A DNA stretch of 64,000 bases from an uncultured Gemmatimonadales bacterium (GTDB lineage: Bacteria; Gemmatimonadota; Gemmatimonadetes; Gemmatimonadales; GWC2-71-9), in assembly GCA_963821525.1 (NCBI GenBank), contig CAWGED010000004.1, positions 367,908 to 431,907 on the forward strand, given 5' to 3'. Positions within the stretch are counted from its first letter, which is position 1. Each line of letters starts with the position of its first letter. The notes under the pieces were generated by a model. That model saw only the letters and a program-made list of their open reading frames with translations, was not told where the DNA came from and made no database searches. Shown here piece after piece: positions 31,306 to 41,519 of the stretch. A program made the translations under genes and the position numbers.

Positions 31306-32478
31306 TCAAGCTGGAAGTTGTCTGGCCCGAAGCGGGGTCTCGCGCTGAGCAAGGCCCGACACCTCGGCCGCCGCTTCGAGGAAGTCGTCCACCATGGCCG
31401 AATCGATGTGACCCATGTTGGCGACGAGGAAGGTGTCGTGGCTGATCGGACCCTTGCCACGGTAGACCAGGAAGCCGCGGTCCCGCATGCCGGCGTAGAA
31501 CACGTCGAACGTCATACCCGGAGGCAGCTGCGCCACGGACAGCGACAGGCGTTGCCCAGCGTTTCGAACCGGAGCTTGAAGCCGAGCGTCTTGAGCCCTT
31601 CGCGGATCTGCTGGTGCAACGCCTGGTAGCTCGCCCGGCGGGCCGACGTTCCACCCTGATCTTCCAGCTCGCTGAGCGCTTCGTCGAGTGCGGCGATGGC
31701 CGTCACCGGAGGAGTGAAGGCGTTGGCCGCTCTCCCTCGCCGCCGCGCGATAGCGCCTCAAGTCGAGGTACATCGAGCGGGGCCGCACGTGCTCGGTGTC
31801 TTCCCAGAGATCGTGCTTCACCAGCACGAACCCGAGTCCCGCCACACTGTGCAGGCACTTGTTGGCGCTGCCGATCACGACGCTGGCGCGGGCCCGCACC
31901 GTGTCGAACTCTTCGGCGCCCAGGCTCGAGACCACGTCCACCAGGAACCGAATGCGGCGCGGCGCAAGAAGGCGGCCCACCTCGACCACTGGATTGAGCC
32001 GCCCGACTGAAGTCTCGTGATGCACCATCGCGACCGCGCGAATCCGCGAGTCGCCCTCGAGCATGCCGGTGATCTGCTCGAGCACCACCCGGTCGCCCCA
32101 CTCATAGCGCAGGTGGCTCACCGGAATTCCCAGTGCCACCGCAATCTCCGCCATCCGCTCCCCGAAGGCGCCGTTCGAGACCACGAGCAGCCGCTCTTCC
32201 GGCGCGATGAAGGTCGCGAAGGCCGCCTCGGTCGCGGCGGTTCCGCCGCCGCCCAGCACCAGCGCTTCGTGCTCCGGCGCGGACGCCACGCCCTTCAGCC
32301 GGGCGCGTACCCGATCAAGCAGCTCCACGAAGAGATCGTCGCGATGCGCGATGTCGACGCGAGACATCGCATGCCGAACCCGTGGGCTGGTGAGAACGGG
32401 ACCAGGGCAGAACAGTTTGAGCTGCCCTGATTCGACTGACACCTTGGTGCCGTGGCGGATGGCGATGTGTGATTTCAT
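31306..32478 (-). CDS. Class V PLP aminotransferase, 2-aminoethylphosphonate transaminase (PhnW/AepZ)-like; compensating indels near the C-terminus
   Basis: LFCPGP, NGAFGER, VHHETSVGRLNP, DVVSS, SANKCL. Confidence 0.8.
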   Translation of the reverse strand: MKSHIAIRHGTKVSVESGQLKLFCPGPVLTSPRVRHAMSRVDIAHRDDLFVELLDRVRARLKGVASAPEHEALVLGGGGTAATEAAFATFIAPEERLLVVSNGAFGERMAEIAVALGIPVSHLRYEWGDRVVLEQITGMLEGDSRIRAVAMVHHETSVGRLNPVVEVGRLLAPRRIRFLVDVVSSLGAEEFDTVRARASVVIGSANKCLHSVAGLGFVLVKHDLWEDTEHVRPRSMYLDLRRYRAAARESGQRLHSSGDGHRRTRRSAQRAGRSGWNVGPPGELPGVAPADPRRAQDARLQAPVRNAGQRLSLSVAQLPPGMTFDVFYAGMRDRGFLVYRGKGPISHDTFLVANMGHIDSAMVDDFLEAAAEVSGLAQRETPLRARQLPA

Positions 32479-32649
32479 CACGATCTCATTTGGGATGACG
32501 ACCAGCGGCCCCAACCTCACCACTGATCGCCTATCTCGTTTACCAACAACAGCTTAGAGACGCACCTACCGCGTCTCTACCGTGTCAGATGAACCCAACT
32601 TCCTAGTCGGGAATGGGTTATGTGGCAGGAAGCAGGCCCCCAGAGGGGC

Positions 32650-33792
32650 TTAGGGCGTAACGGCGAGGCGGGCGGTAATAAAGTCGCGGATTCGGATGGC
32701 GCGGCTGTCCCAGGTCAGCCCCCGGACGGCCTCCATGGCCCCGGCGCTGAGCCGCTCGGCCAGGGCCGGGTCGCTGGTTATCCGGCGCAAGGTCGTGAGC
32801 AAAGCCTCGAGATCTCCGGGCGGGACCAGGGCGGCGTTGACCCCGTCCTTGAGAAGCTCGGCCGTGTCCGGTGCCTCCGGCGCCAGTACCACTCGGCCCG
32901 CCGCGAGATAGAGAAACAGCTTGATCGGGAGGACGGTATTGCCGTGACGCTGGAGCGGTTCGAGACTCGGCGGGATGATCAGCACGTCGGCCGCGTAGAG
33001 GTACGGGGCCAACTCGCTGAATTTCTGCCAGGGCACAACTCGCACGTTGGAGAGCTCCCTGGCCTCGGACTCGATGCTCCCTTCTCCCTCGGACCCGACC
33101 AGTACCAGAGTCATGTCTTCCATCCTGCGGGCCGCCCCGAGCAGAATTTCGAGCCCCTTCTTGCGATTTACTCGGCCGGTGTAGACTGCGACCGGTTTTT
33201 CCGCTGGAAGCCCGAGCTGCAGCCGCGCCGCCTGGCGAGAGAGGCGCGGCTCCATCCGTCGCGGATCCCACCCGTTGTGCGCCACCATCAATCGTTCGGG
33301 TGGCGCGCCCAGGTTGATGTAGCTCTGTCGAGTATGATCGGAGTGAAAGACCGCGCCGACCAGCCTTGGATGGTGCACGATCCAGCGCAGCACGGGGCGG
33401 AGTGCGGGATATTGATCTCCCCAGGGGCGGAAGTGTTCGTACACCACTCGATGCCCATGGCGAAGCAGCGTTACGACGCTGGGCAGGTTCCGCGTGTAGG
33501 CGAGGTCGGCTGCTCGAGTGCGCTCGTCGCCGGCTACGCGGAACGCGTGGCTCCATTTCTCGAAGAAGCGAGCGCCAAAGGGAGACTTGGGGAGCAGTCC
33601 GACCTCGAAGGGACCCTCGACTTGGAAATACTCCCGGAGTGCCGCGGGTTGGGGCGCGTCGTTCGAGACGCTGGGAATCAGCAGCTGGACCGAAACGCCA
33701 TTGCGGCCGAGGGCGGCCACGGTGTTGACCACCTGCTCGGCGTCCGCGCCGGTATGGGGCAACGGCTCGTCGTACGCGTAGGCGATTTGCAT
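32650..33792 (-). CDS. Glycosyltransferase family 4
   Basis: YTGRVNRKKG, ADVLIIP, PIKLFLYLAAG. Confidence 0.88.
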   Translation of the reverse strand: MQIAYAYDEPLPHTGADAEQVVNTVAALGRNGVSVQLLIPSVSNDAPQPAALREYFQVEGPFEVGLLPKSPFGARFFEKWSHAFRVAGDERTRAADLAYTRNLPSVVTLLRHGHRVVYEHFRPWGDQYPALRPVLRWIVHHPRLVGAVFHSDHTRQSYINLGAPPERLMVAHNGWDPRRMEPRLSRQAARLQLGLPAEKPVAVYTGRVNRKKGLEILLGAARRMEDMTLVLVGSEGEGSIESEARELSNVRVVPWQKFSELAPYLYAADVLIIPPSLEPLQRHGNTVLPIKLFLYLAAGRVVLAPEAPDTAELLKDGVNAALVPPGDLEALLTTLRRITSDPALAERLSAGAMEAVRGLTWDSRAIRIRDFITARLAVTP

Positions 33793-33848
33793 TGGGCTGG
33801 CCAAGGTACTTGGTCCGCCCTCCACGCCGCCACTACCTTGGAGGCCGA

Positions 33849-35105
33849 ATGCCCACGGTCCTCCTGATCACGCCGTATTTCCCTCCGATGAGCGTGGTCG
33901 GGGCGAAGCGGCCGCTGAACCTGGTCCGCCACCTCCCCCGTTTCGGCTGGCAGCCAGTGGTACTCGCCGGCGACCCCGCGGGGGAGAACGTTGATCTCGG
34001 GCTCGCCGACCTGATCCCTGCCGATCTGCCGGTGAGTTACGCCTACGGCGAAGGGAAACAGGCCTCGAGTGGGTCCGCCCCACGCCCGCGGGAGAAAGAA
34101 CGCCGGTTCCTCGGGTGGGACGCCGGCTACATCACTCCCTTCGATCGCTATCTATGGCACAACGCTGCCGCCCTGCACGAAGCGGCGCACCTCATCGAGC
34201 AGCACCGGCCGAGCGCGGTGGTGGTCTGTGCCGATCCGTGGTCGCCGCTGTTGGTGGGCATGAAGCTGGCGCATTCGCCCGGACTGCCACTTGTGGTGGA
34301 CTTCCGGGATCCCTGGTCGCTCCAGCGAGCCAAGATGGCGCTGCGTCCGCCGCCCACCCGCTGGATCATCCGGCAGACGGAATATCGAGTGTTCCGGACC
34401 GCGCGACGCATCGTGCTCAATACCGAGGAGTGCCACGATGCGTACACCGCCGCGTACCGGGGCCGCGTTCCGTCGGAGCGCTTCACCTGCATCCGGAACG
34501 CCTTCGATCTCGGAGTTTTCAAGGAGGCTCCGGTTCAGCGAACCGACCGGTTCACGGTACTTCACTTCGGGCATTTCCGCCGGCTGGTTCCTTCCGAGCC
34601 GCTGCTCAAGGGCTTCGCCAAGTTCGTACAGCGCGAAGGGCTCGGTGCGGACAAGGCAGCGCTGGTGCTGGCGGGGACTCCGCGAGAGGAAGACCTGCGG
34701 CACGCCTCGTCGCTTGGTATCGCCGACTACGTGGAAAGCCGTCCACCGATCCCCTACCGCGAGGCGCTCGGGGTGATGCGCAGTGCGGATGTGCTGGCGC
34801 TGGTGACGGTGGGAGACATGGCCCTCACGGTGCCCGCCAAACTCTACGATTACCTCGCGGCCCGTCGTCCTATCCTGGCGATCACTGATCAGCCCGAGCC
34901 GGGTCGGATCGTTGACCAGACCGGAGCAGGCGTCGTGGTGCCTCCGGCGAATCCCGAGGCGATCGCGGCGGGGCTGGCGCGACTTCGCGCGCGCTGCCAG
35001 GCGCCCGATCGGGGAGAAATCCCCGCCGAGTCGGTGAGTGCCTTCGACGCGGAGGAGCAGGCACGTCGCTTCGCCGCGGTGCTCGAGGCGGCAATCGCGC
35101 GATGA
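33849..35105 (+). CDS. Glycosyltransferase (GT4-like)
   Basis: YFPP, DFRDPW, PAKLYDYLAARRPIL. Confidence 0.85.
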   Translation: MPTVLLITPYFPPMSVVGAKRPLNLVRHLPRFGWQPVVLAGDPAGENVDLGLADLIPADLPVSYAYGEGKQASSGSAPRPREKERRFLGWDAGYITPFDRYLWHNAAALHEAAHLIEQHRPSAVVVCADPWSPLLVGMKLAHSPGLPLVVDFRDPWSLQRAKMALRPPPTRWIIRQTEYRVFRTARRIVLNTEECHDAYTAAYRGRVPSERFTCIRNAFDLGVFKEAPVQRTDRFTVLHFGHFRRLVPSEPLLKGFAKFVQREGLGADKAALVLAGTPREEDLRHASSLGIADYVESRPPIPYREALGVMRSADVLALVTVGDMALTVPAKLYDYLAARRPILAITDQPEPGRIVDQTGAGVVVPPANPEAIAAGLARLRARCQAPDRGEIPAESVSAFDAEEQARRFAAVLEAAIAR

Positions 35106-36620
35106 CCGCTCCCGACGCGCTGGCGGAACGAAAAGAGGTCGCGGCCGGTGCCGGCCTCGCCTCGTTCGGGCAGTTGATCAGCGGAGTGTTCAATCTCCTC
35201 CTGTTGATGGCGCTTACGCGGTCGCTCTCCAAGGCGGAGTTCGGGCTCTTCTCGCTCGTTTACCTGATCCAGGACACGGCAAGCGTCCTGTTGCCGCTTG
35301 GGTTGCCTGCGGCCCTCGCCTATTTCGTGCCCCGCCGTGGCGATGCTCATGCGCGCGCTCTCGGGTTCTGGACCGGCATACTGCTCGGCCTGCTGGCGAT
35401 CCCCGCGACCCTTGTCCTCTGGTTCATCGGCCCGCTCCTGTCGACCAGCCCCGAGACATCCACGGTGTTTCGGCTGCTCGCGGTGTTTGTATTGCTGGAC
35501 TTCCCGTCCCAGGCGCTCCCGGCCTATCTGCTGGCCCGCAGGGCCTATCGCGGATTCTTCCTGATCACTCTGCTGTTTTCGCTAACCCGAACCGTGTCGC
35601 TCGCGTTACCAGCGATGCTCGGTGCGACGCTCCCCACCATCATGGCGTGGTTCCTGGTTGCGGCCGGGGTCCGGCTGGTGATGTATCTGGGCTACTTCCT
35701 GGGATTCACCGAGGGCCATTTGGACTGGAAGGAGGTTAAGCCGGGGGAGCTGTTCGGCTTCGGAGTACCGCTTTCGGCGGCGAACATTGTTTCCAAGCTC
35801 AATGTCCAAGCCGACAAATACATGGTGTCCCTGGTCGCGGGACGGGAAGTGCTGGGACCTACACAGTCGGCGCGACCGAGCTTCCGTTGGTTCCGTCGCT
35901 GGCCTATTCGGTGACCAACAGCCTGGTGCCGACTCTGAGTCTGGCCCACGCCCGCGGGGATCGGGAAAGCTTCCGGCGCTACTGGCATGATTCCATGATC
36001 AAGGTCGCCGAGATCATCATGCCGGTCTTCTTCTTTTTCCTGCTGCTCGCCGGTCCGGCGATCCGGGTGCTGTTCTCCGCCAGTTTCGAGGCGGCCGTCA
36101 TTCCCTTCCGCGTCTACCTGCTCGTGCTGCCCTTGCGGTTGTGCTCCTACGGGGCGGTCCTGCGCTCATTGGGGGAAACCCGGGCGGTATTCACCTCGGC
36201 GATCGCGGCCCTCGCGGCCAACCTGATCCTGATCCTTCCGCTCTACTATCTGCTGGGGCTCGCCGGTCCCGCCGTGGCCGCCGTCATTGGGCAGCTGGTG
36301 ATCATCAGCATGCTGCTGGTCCGGATCCGCGCCGCGCTCGATATCCACTGGTCGGAGCTACTGCCCTACCGGCCATTGAGAAAGACCATTCTCACGGCCG
36401 GTGTTTCGGCGCTTCCTCTCCTCGGCCTTTCTTTCTGGCAGGCGCCCGATGGTCTGCGGCTCCTCATCGGCGTGGCAACGATGGTCCCCCTGTACTCATC
36501 CTGGGGCACCGGACCGGGGTCATCGCGCCGAAAGATCTGGAGTATCTGTGGCACCTATTCACTCTCGGGAGCCTGCGGCGGCGTGAGAGTGAGGGTACCA
36601 AATCGTGGGACGATTCGTGA
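35102..36620 (+). CDS. Oligosaccharide flippase (Wzx/MOP family); frameshifts
   Basis: LTRSLSKAEFGLFSL, many TM segments across three consecutive frames. Confidence 0.8.
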
Positions 36621-36746
36621 CGACTGCGGGGAGCTTCCACCGATGGAGGCGATTGGACCCGGGCGCGGCACATCGCGTTGCTGGCGATGGTCAGCGGCTC
36701 CATCTTTGGGAGCAGCAACCCTTCCCACATGAGCGGTCTTGAGCCC

Positions 36747-37688
36747 ATGAGCGATCGTGATCCAGCGAGCCACCGGGTTACGGTGGTCATCCCGGTGTAC
36801 AACGCCGAGCGTTCGCTGAAGCAACTGGTGCACGAGTTGATCGAGGTGCTCAGAACTCTCGGTCCCGCCTTCGAGGTGGTGCTCGTCGATGACGGAAGCC
36901 GGGACGGCAGCTGGCAGGAGGTTGTCGGACTGGCGGCTCAGTTCGCCGAAGTGCGTGGCATCCGCATGATGCGCAACTTCGGTCAGCACAACGCGATCCT
37001 TTGCGGGGTCCGGGAGGCGCGGTTCGAGGTCGTGGTGACCATGGATGATGATCTCCAGCACCCCCCGCATGAGATTCCCCGTCTGCTCCACGCCCTGGAG
37101 GGAGCCGACGTCGTCTACGGCACGCCGCGCGGTGAGCAGCACGACGTCTGGCGCGCGGTCGCGTCCCGGGTCACGAAGCTTGCGTTGCAGAGTGTGATGG
37201 GGGCAGAAACGGCGAGAAGTGTAAGCGCGTTTCGGGCTTTCAGGACGCAGCTTCGCCGCGCCTTCGATGACTATCGTAGTCCCTTCCTCTCTATCGACGT
37301 GCTTCTGACCTGGGCCACCACCCGGTTCACGGCTATCGAGGTGGAGCATCGTGAGCGGCAGTATGGCGTATCGAACTACAGCTTCCGTCAGCTGGTGGCC
37401 CACGCCGTCAACATGATGACGGGTTTCAGCGTCCTGCCGCTTCAGATCGCCAGCATCACCGGCTTCGTCTTCACGGTCTTCGGTCTCGCGGTCCTCGCCT
37501 TCGTGGTCGGGCGCTACCTGATTCACGGCACCACTGTTCCGGGCTTTTCGTTTCTTGCGTCGGTAGTGGCCATCTTTTCCGGGGCGCAGCTCTTCGCCCT
37601 GGGCATCATCGGCGAGTATCTGGCCCGGATGCACTTCCGCATGATGGAACGGCCCACTTACGCAGTGTCCGAGACCACGGAGCAATGA
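36747..37688 (+). CDS. GT2 polyprenol-phosphate glycosyltransferase (ArnC/GtrB-like)
   Basis: VVIPVYN, VDDGSRD, RNFGQHNA, MDDDLQHPP, LGIIGEYLAR. Confidence 0.9.
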   Translation: MSDRDPASHRVTVVIPVYNAERSLKQLVHELIEVLRTLGPAFEVVLVDDGSRDGSWQEVVGLAAQFAEVRGIRMMRNFGQHNAILCGVREARFEVVVTMDDDLQHPPHEIPRLLHALEGADVVYGTPRGEQHDVWRAVASRVTKLALQSVMGAETARSVSAFRAFRTQLRRAFDDYRSPFLSIDVLLTWATTRFTAIEVEHRERQYGVSNYSFRQLVAHAVNMMTGFSVLPLQIASITGFVFTVFGLAVLAFVVGRYLIHGTTVPGFSFLASVVAIFSGAQLFALGIIGEYLARMHFRMMERPTYAVSETTEQ

Positions 37689-38404
37689 GTGCACCGGGAG
37701 CAGTGCTGCCGTGGGATTCGGAGTTCTTCGGAGTCCGCGTTGCCCGGGCAGGGTCGGCTCGACTGTCGCCTGAGGCCAGCGATCGCCTTCTTGAGTGGTG
37801 CGCGGTGGAGCGCGTTGAGTTGTTGTACCTTCTCGCCGATCCGCTGCCTGAAACCATTCGTGAAGCCGAACGGTCAGGCTTTGGTCTGATGGATGTGAGA
37901 ATCGAGCTCAGCGCGCCCGCCGCCCACTTGGCGAAGGCTCCGGCCGACGATGCAGTCCGGCCCGCGCGCACGGACGACCTCCCGCAGCTGCGCGGACTCG
38001 CGCGCGAGGCCCATCGGGATTCCCGGTTCTTCGCCGACCAGCGGATCTCCCAGAACCGCGCCGCGGATCTCTTTGTACGATGGCTGGAGCGGGATTGCGC
38101 CATCCGTGACTCGGGATGGGCCGCGGTAGCGGATGACGGCGCGGGAGCCGAAGGCTACGTCACCGGGAACATCGCCAACGGAGTCGGACAGATCGGGCTG
38201 CTCGCGCTCGGTGCGCGGGTCCGAGGGCGCGGATTGGGACAGGCGCTGCTCGGTGCAGCCGGCCGCTGGTTCCTCGCGCAGGGCGTTGAAGAAGTCCGGG
38301 TGGTGACCCAGGGTCGCAACCTGGTCGCCCAGCGTCTGTATCAGCGGGTCGGGTTTCGCACCGCGTCACTCCAGCTCTGGTACCACAAGTGGTTCTCACA
38401 GTGA
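37685..38404 (+). CDS. GNAT acetyltransferase, dTDP-fucosamine acetyltransferase (WecD)-like
   Basis: LPWDSEFFG, SRF, RGRGLG, VVTQGRN..AQRLY, WYHKW. Confidence 0.82.
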   Translation: MSAPGAVLPWDSEFFGVRVARAGSARLSPEASDRLLEWCAVERVELLYLLADPLPETIREAERSGFGLMDVRIELSAPAAHLAKAPADDAVRPARTDDLPQLRGLAREAHRDSRFFADQRISQNRAADLFVRWLERDCAIRDSGWAAVADDGAGAEGYVTGNIANGVGQIGLLALGARVRGRGLGQALLGAAGRWFLAQGVEEVRVVTQGRNLVAQRLYQRVGFRTASLQLWYHKWFSQ

Positions 38405-39544
38405 GCACACCGATTCCGTTCAATCGGCCCCAGGTCACCGACCAGGGCCGGGAGTACGCGCTAGCGGCCATGGCCTCCGGTCACCATAGCGGCGACGGTC
38501 CATTTACCCGTCGCTGTCATGAGCTGCTGCGACGGGAGCTCGGCGTGAACAAGGCGCTGCTCACGACCTCCTGCACCTCGGCTCTCGAAATGTGCGCCCT
38601 GCTGCTCAACATCGCGCCGGGAGATGAGGTGATTCTGCCCTCCTTCACCTTCGTTTCCACGGCCAATGCCTTCGTCCTCCGGGGAGCGAAACCGGTATTT
38701 GCCGATGTGAGACCCGACACCCTCAACATCGACGAGCGCATTGTCCCCTCGCTGGTGACCGATCGCACCCGGGCCATCCTCCCGGTGCACTACGCGGGGA
38801 TCGCCTGCGAAATGGACCCGCTGGTCGCGATTGCCGAATCGCGCGGCGCCGCCATCGTCGAAGACAATGCCCACGGTCTCTTTGGGCGCTACCGCGGCAA
38901 GTTACTGGGGACCTTCGGCCCGCTCGCAACCCAGAGCTTTCACGAGACCAAGAATTTCAGTTGCGGCGAAGGCGGCGCGCTGCTCATCAACGACCCCAGG
39001 TTCGCCGAGCGGGCGGAGATCCTGCGGGAGAAGGGCACCGATCGCAGTCGCTTCTTCCGGGGCGAGGTGGACAAGTACGGCTGGGTCGACCTCGGCTCGA
39101 GCTATCTGCCATCCGATGTGCTCGCGGCCCTGTTGCTGGCCCAGCTGGAGCAGTGGAAGGAGATTCAAGATCGGCGGGGCCGGCTGTGGAATCGCTATCA
39201 GGAGAACTTGCGGGAGTGGGCCGGGGCGCATGGCGTGGCCCAACCCACAGTCCCGGCGCACGTCGAGTCGGCCCACCATCTCTACTACATGCTGGTCCCC
39301 TCGGCGGCCGACCGGCCCAAATTGATCGCGCACCTCAAGTCCGCGGGAGTGCACGCCGTGTTCCACTATCAGCCGCTCCATCTATCCCGGATGGGAGTGG
39401 CGAGGGGGGGGACGGCCCGGCCTCTGCCCGGTCACGGAGGATGTGAGCGACCGGCTGCTTCGGTTGCCGTTCTTCAACAGCATGACGGACGATGAGCAGG
39501 ACCGGATAATCGAGGCGGTACTCAATTTTCGGGGATGGTCCTGA
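38401..39544 (+). CDS. wecE: dTDP-4-amino-4,6-dideoxygalactose transaminase (frameshift near 39415)
   Basis: [51 protein letters not shown]. Confidence 0.9.
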
Positions 39545-40458
39545 TGAAAGGCATCGTGCTGGCGGGCGGCGCGGGCACCCGGCTGTTCCCGGCCACCCAG
39601 GCCGTGAGCAAGCAGCTGCTGCCGGTCTACGACAAGCCGATGATCTACTATCCCATCTCGGTGCTCATGCTGGCCGGGATCCGGGACATCCTCGTGATCT
39701 CGACCCCGCAGGACCTCCCCCGTTACGAGCGGCTGCTGGGCGACGGTGCGTATTTGGGCCTCGCCTTTCGGTACGCGGAACAGCCGACGCCAAGCGGGCT
39801 GGCCCAGGCGTTCCTGATCGGGCGGGAATTTGTGGGCCGGGACCATGTCTGCTCATCCTGGGCGACAACATTTTTTATGGTGACGGGTTGCGGGCCAAAG
39901 TGCGGCGAGGCGGCCGAGCCTCGAGGGGGAGCGACGATCTTTGCCTACTCGGTCCGGGATCCCGAGCGCTATGGGGTTGTGACCTTCGACGGCGAGCCGG
40001 GCGAGTACTCGATCTCGAGGAGAAACCGGCCAACCCGCGCTCTCGCTGGGCGGTGACCGGACTCTATTTCTACGACAACAGCGTGCTGGACATCGCCCGG
40101 GACCTCCGCCCTTCCCCTCGTGGCGAATTGGAAATCACCGACGTCAACCGCGAATACCTCCGCCGTGGAACGCTGCAGCGTCCGCCGTTTGGACGCGGCT
40201 ACGCCTGGCTGGATACCGGAACTCACGAATCGCTGCTTCAGGCGGCCAACTTCATCCAGACCATCGAAGAGCGGCAAGGGCTCAAGATCGCGTGCCTGGA
40301 GGAGATCGCTTTTACCGAACGGTGGATCGGTCCAGCAGAGCTGGAGGCGGCCCTGGGACGCTACCGGAACACTCCCTATGGGGTGTACCTGGATGACCTG
40401 CTTGCGCCGGGGGCGGGGTGGAGACGGGGTCAGGGCGGCCAGCCCGATGGCCGGGTAA
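39544..40458 (+). CDS. rfbA: Glucose-1-phosphate thymidylyltransferase (frameshifts)
   Basis: [44 protein letters not shown]. Confidence 0.92.
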
Positions 40459-40469
40459 GAGGTCTTTCA

Positions 40470-41501
40470 ATGCATCTCCTGGTAACCGGCGGGTGCGGCT
40501 TCATCGGCTCGAACTTCGTTCGGCTCGTGCAGCAGGAGCGGCCCGATTGGCGGATCACGGTGCTCGACGCCCTCACCTATGCCGGCAATCTCGCCAATCT
40601 CGCGGACCTCAAGGGCGAGCCGAGCCTGCGCTTCGTCCGGGGAGACATCGCGGTCCCCGAATCGGTTCGGGCGGTCATGGCCGGCGCCGATGCGGTGGTC
40701 AACTTCGCCGCCGAGAGCCACGTCGACCGATCCATTCTGGATTCCGCTCCTTTCATCAGGACCAACGTTCTCGGGACCCACTGCCTCCTCGATGCTGCGC
40801 TGGAGCTCCGAGTGCGCCGCTTCCTGCAGATCTCGACGGACGAGGTGTACGGTTCGCTCGGTCCGGAGGGTCAGTTCACCGAGCTGACGCCGCTCGCTCC
40901 CAACAGTCCCTACAGTGCATCGAAGGCCGCCGGCGATCTGCTGGTCCGTGCCTACACGCACACCCATGCTCTGCCCGCCCTGATGGTACGCTCCTCCAAT
41001 GCGTATGGGCCGTATCAGTTTCCCGAAAAGCTCATTCCCCTGATGATCGCCAACGCCTTGGGCGGACAGCGTCTGCCGGTGTATGGCGACGGTCTCCACG
41101 TGCGTGATTGGGTCCACGTACTCGATCTCTGCCAGGCGATTCTCCTGGTGCTGGAGAAGGGAAGCGATGGTGAGGTCTACAATGTCGGCGGTGGGAACGA
41201 GCTCACTAACCTTTTCGTGGTGCGGCAGATCCTGGAGCTGACGGGGGCCGATCCTTCACTGATCAAATTCGTCCCCGACCGGCCGGGGCACGACCGGCGC
41301 TATGCAATGAATCACCAGAAACTCAGCGCGGATCTGGGCTGGCGGCCGCGGCACGTCTTTGCCGATGGCTTGCGGGAAACAGTCGACTGGTACCGAGGCA
41401 ACCAGGCCTGGGTGCAATCGGTGCGGAGTGGCGAGTATCTGTCCTACTACGAGCGTCAGTATGCGGCGCGGCTCGCGGCGGGGACCGCGGGTCCCGTCTG
41501 A
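40470..41501 (+). CDS. rfbB: dTDP-glucose 4,6-dehydratase
   Basis: VTGGCGFIGSN, FAAESHVDRSI, STDEVYG, PYSASKA, DRPGHDRRY. Confidence 0.95.
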   Translation: MHLLVTGGCGFIGSNFVRLVQQERPDWRITVLDALTYAGNLANLADLKGEPSLRFVRGDIAVPESVRAVMAGADAVVNFAAESHVDRSILDSAPFIRTNVLGTHCLLDAALELRVRRFLQISTDEVYGSLGPEGQFTELTPLAPNSPYSASKAAGDLLVRAYTHTHALPALMVRSSNAYGPYQFPEKLIPLMIANALGGQRLPVYGDGLHVRDWVHVLDLCQAILLVLEKGSDGEVYNVGGGNELTNLFVVRQILELTGADPSLIKFVPDRPGHDRRYAMNHQKLSADLGWRPRHVFADGLRETVDWYRGNQAWVQSVRSGEYLSYYERQYAARLAAGTAGPV

Positions 41502-41519
41502 GGAGCCCCCGCCGGATTC

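Noticed and set aside
27744..32478. Complete phosphonate biosynthesis cluster
   Set aside because: PEP mutase and phosphonopyruvate decarboxylase are not in the window.
39888..41501. RfbA-RfbB fusion (537-aa ORF)
   Set aside because: rfbB has its own ATG at 40470 and a stop exists at 40458 in a neighbouring frame; best explained by an indel.
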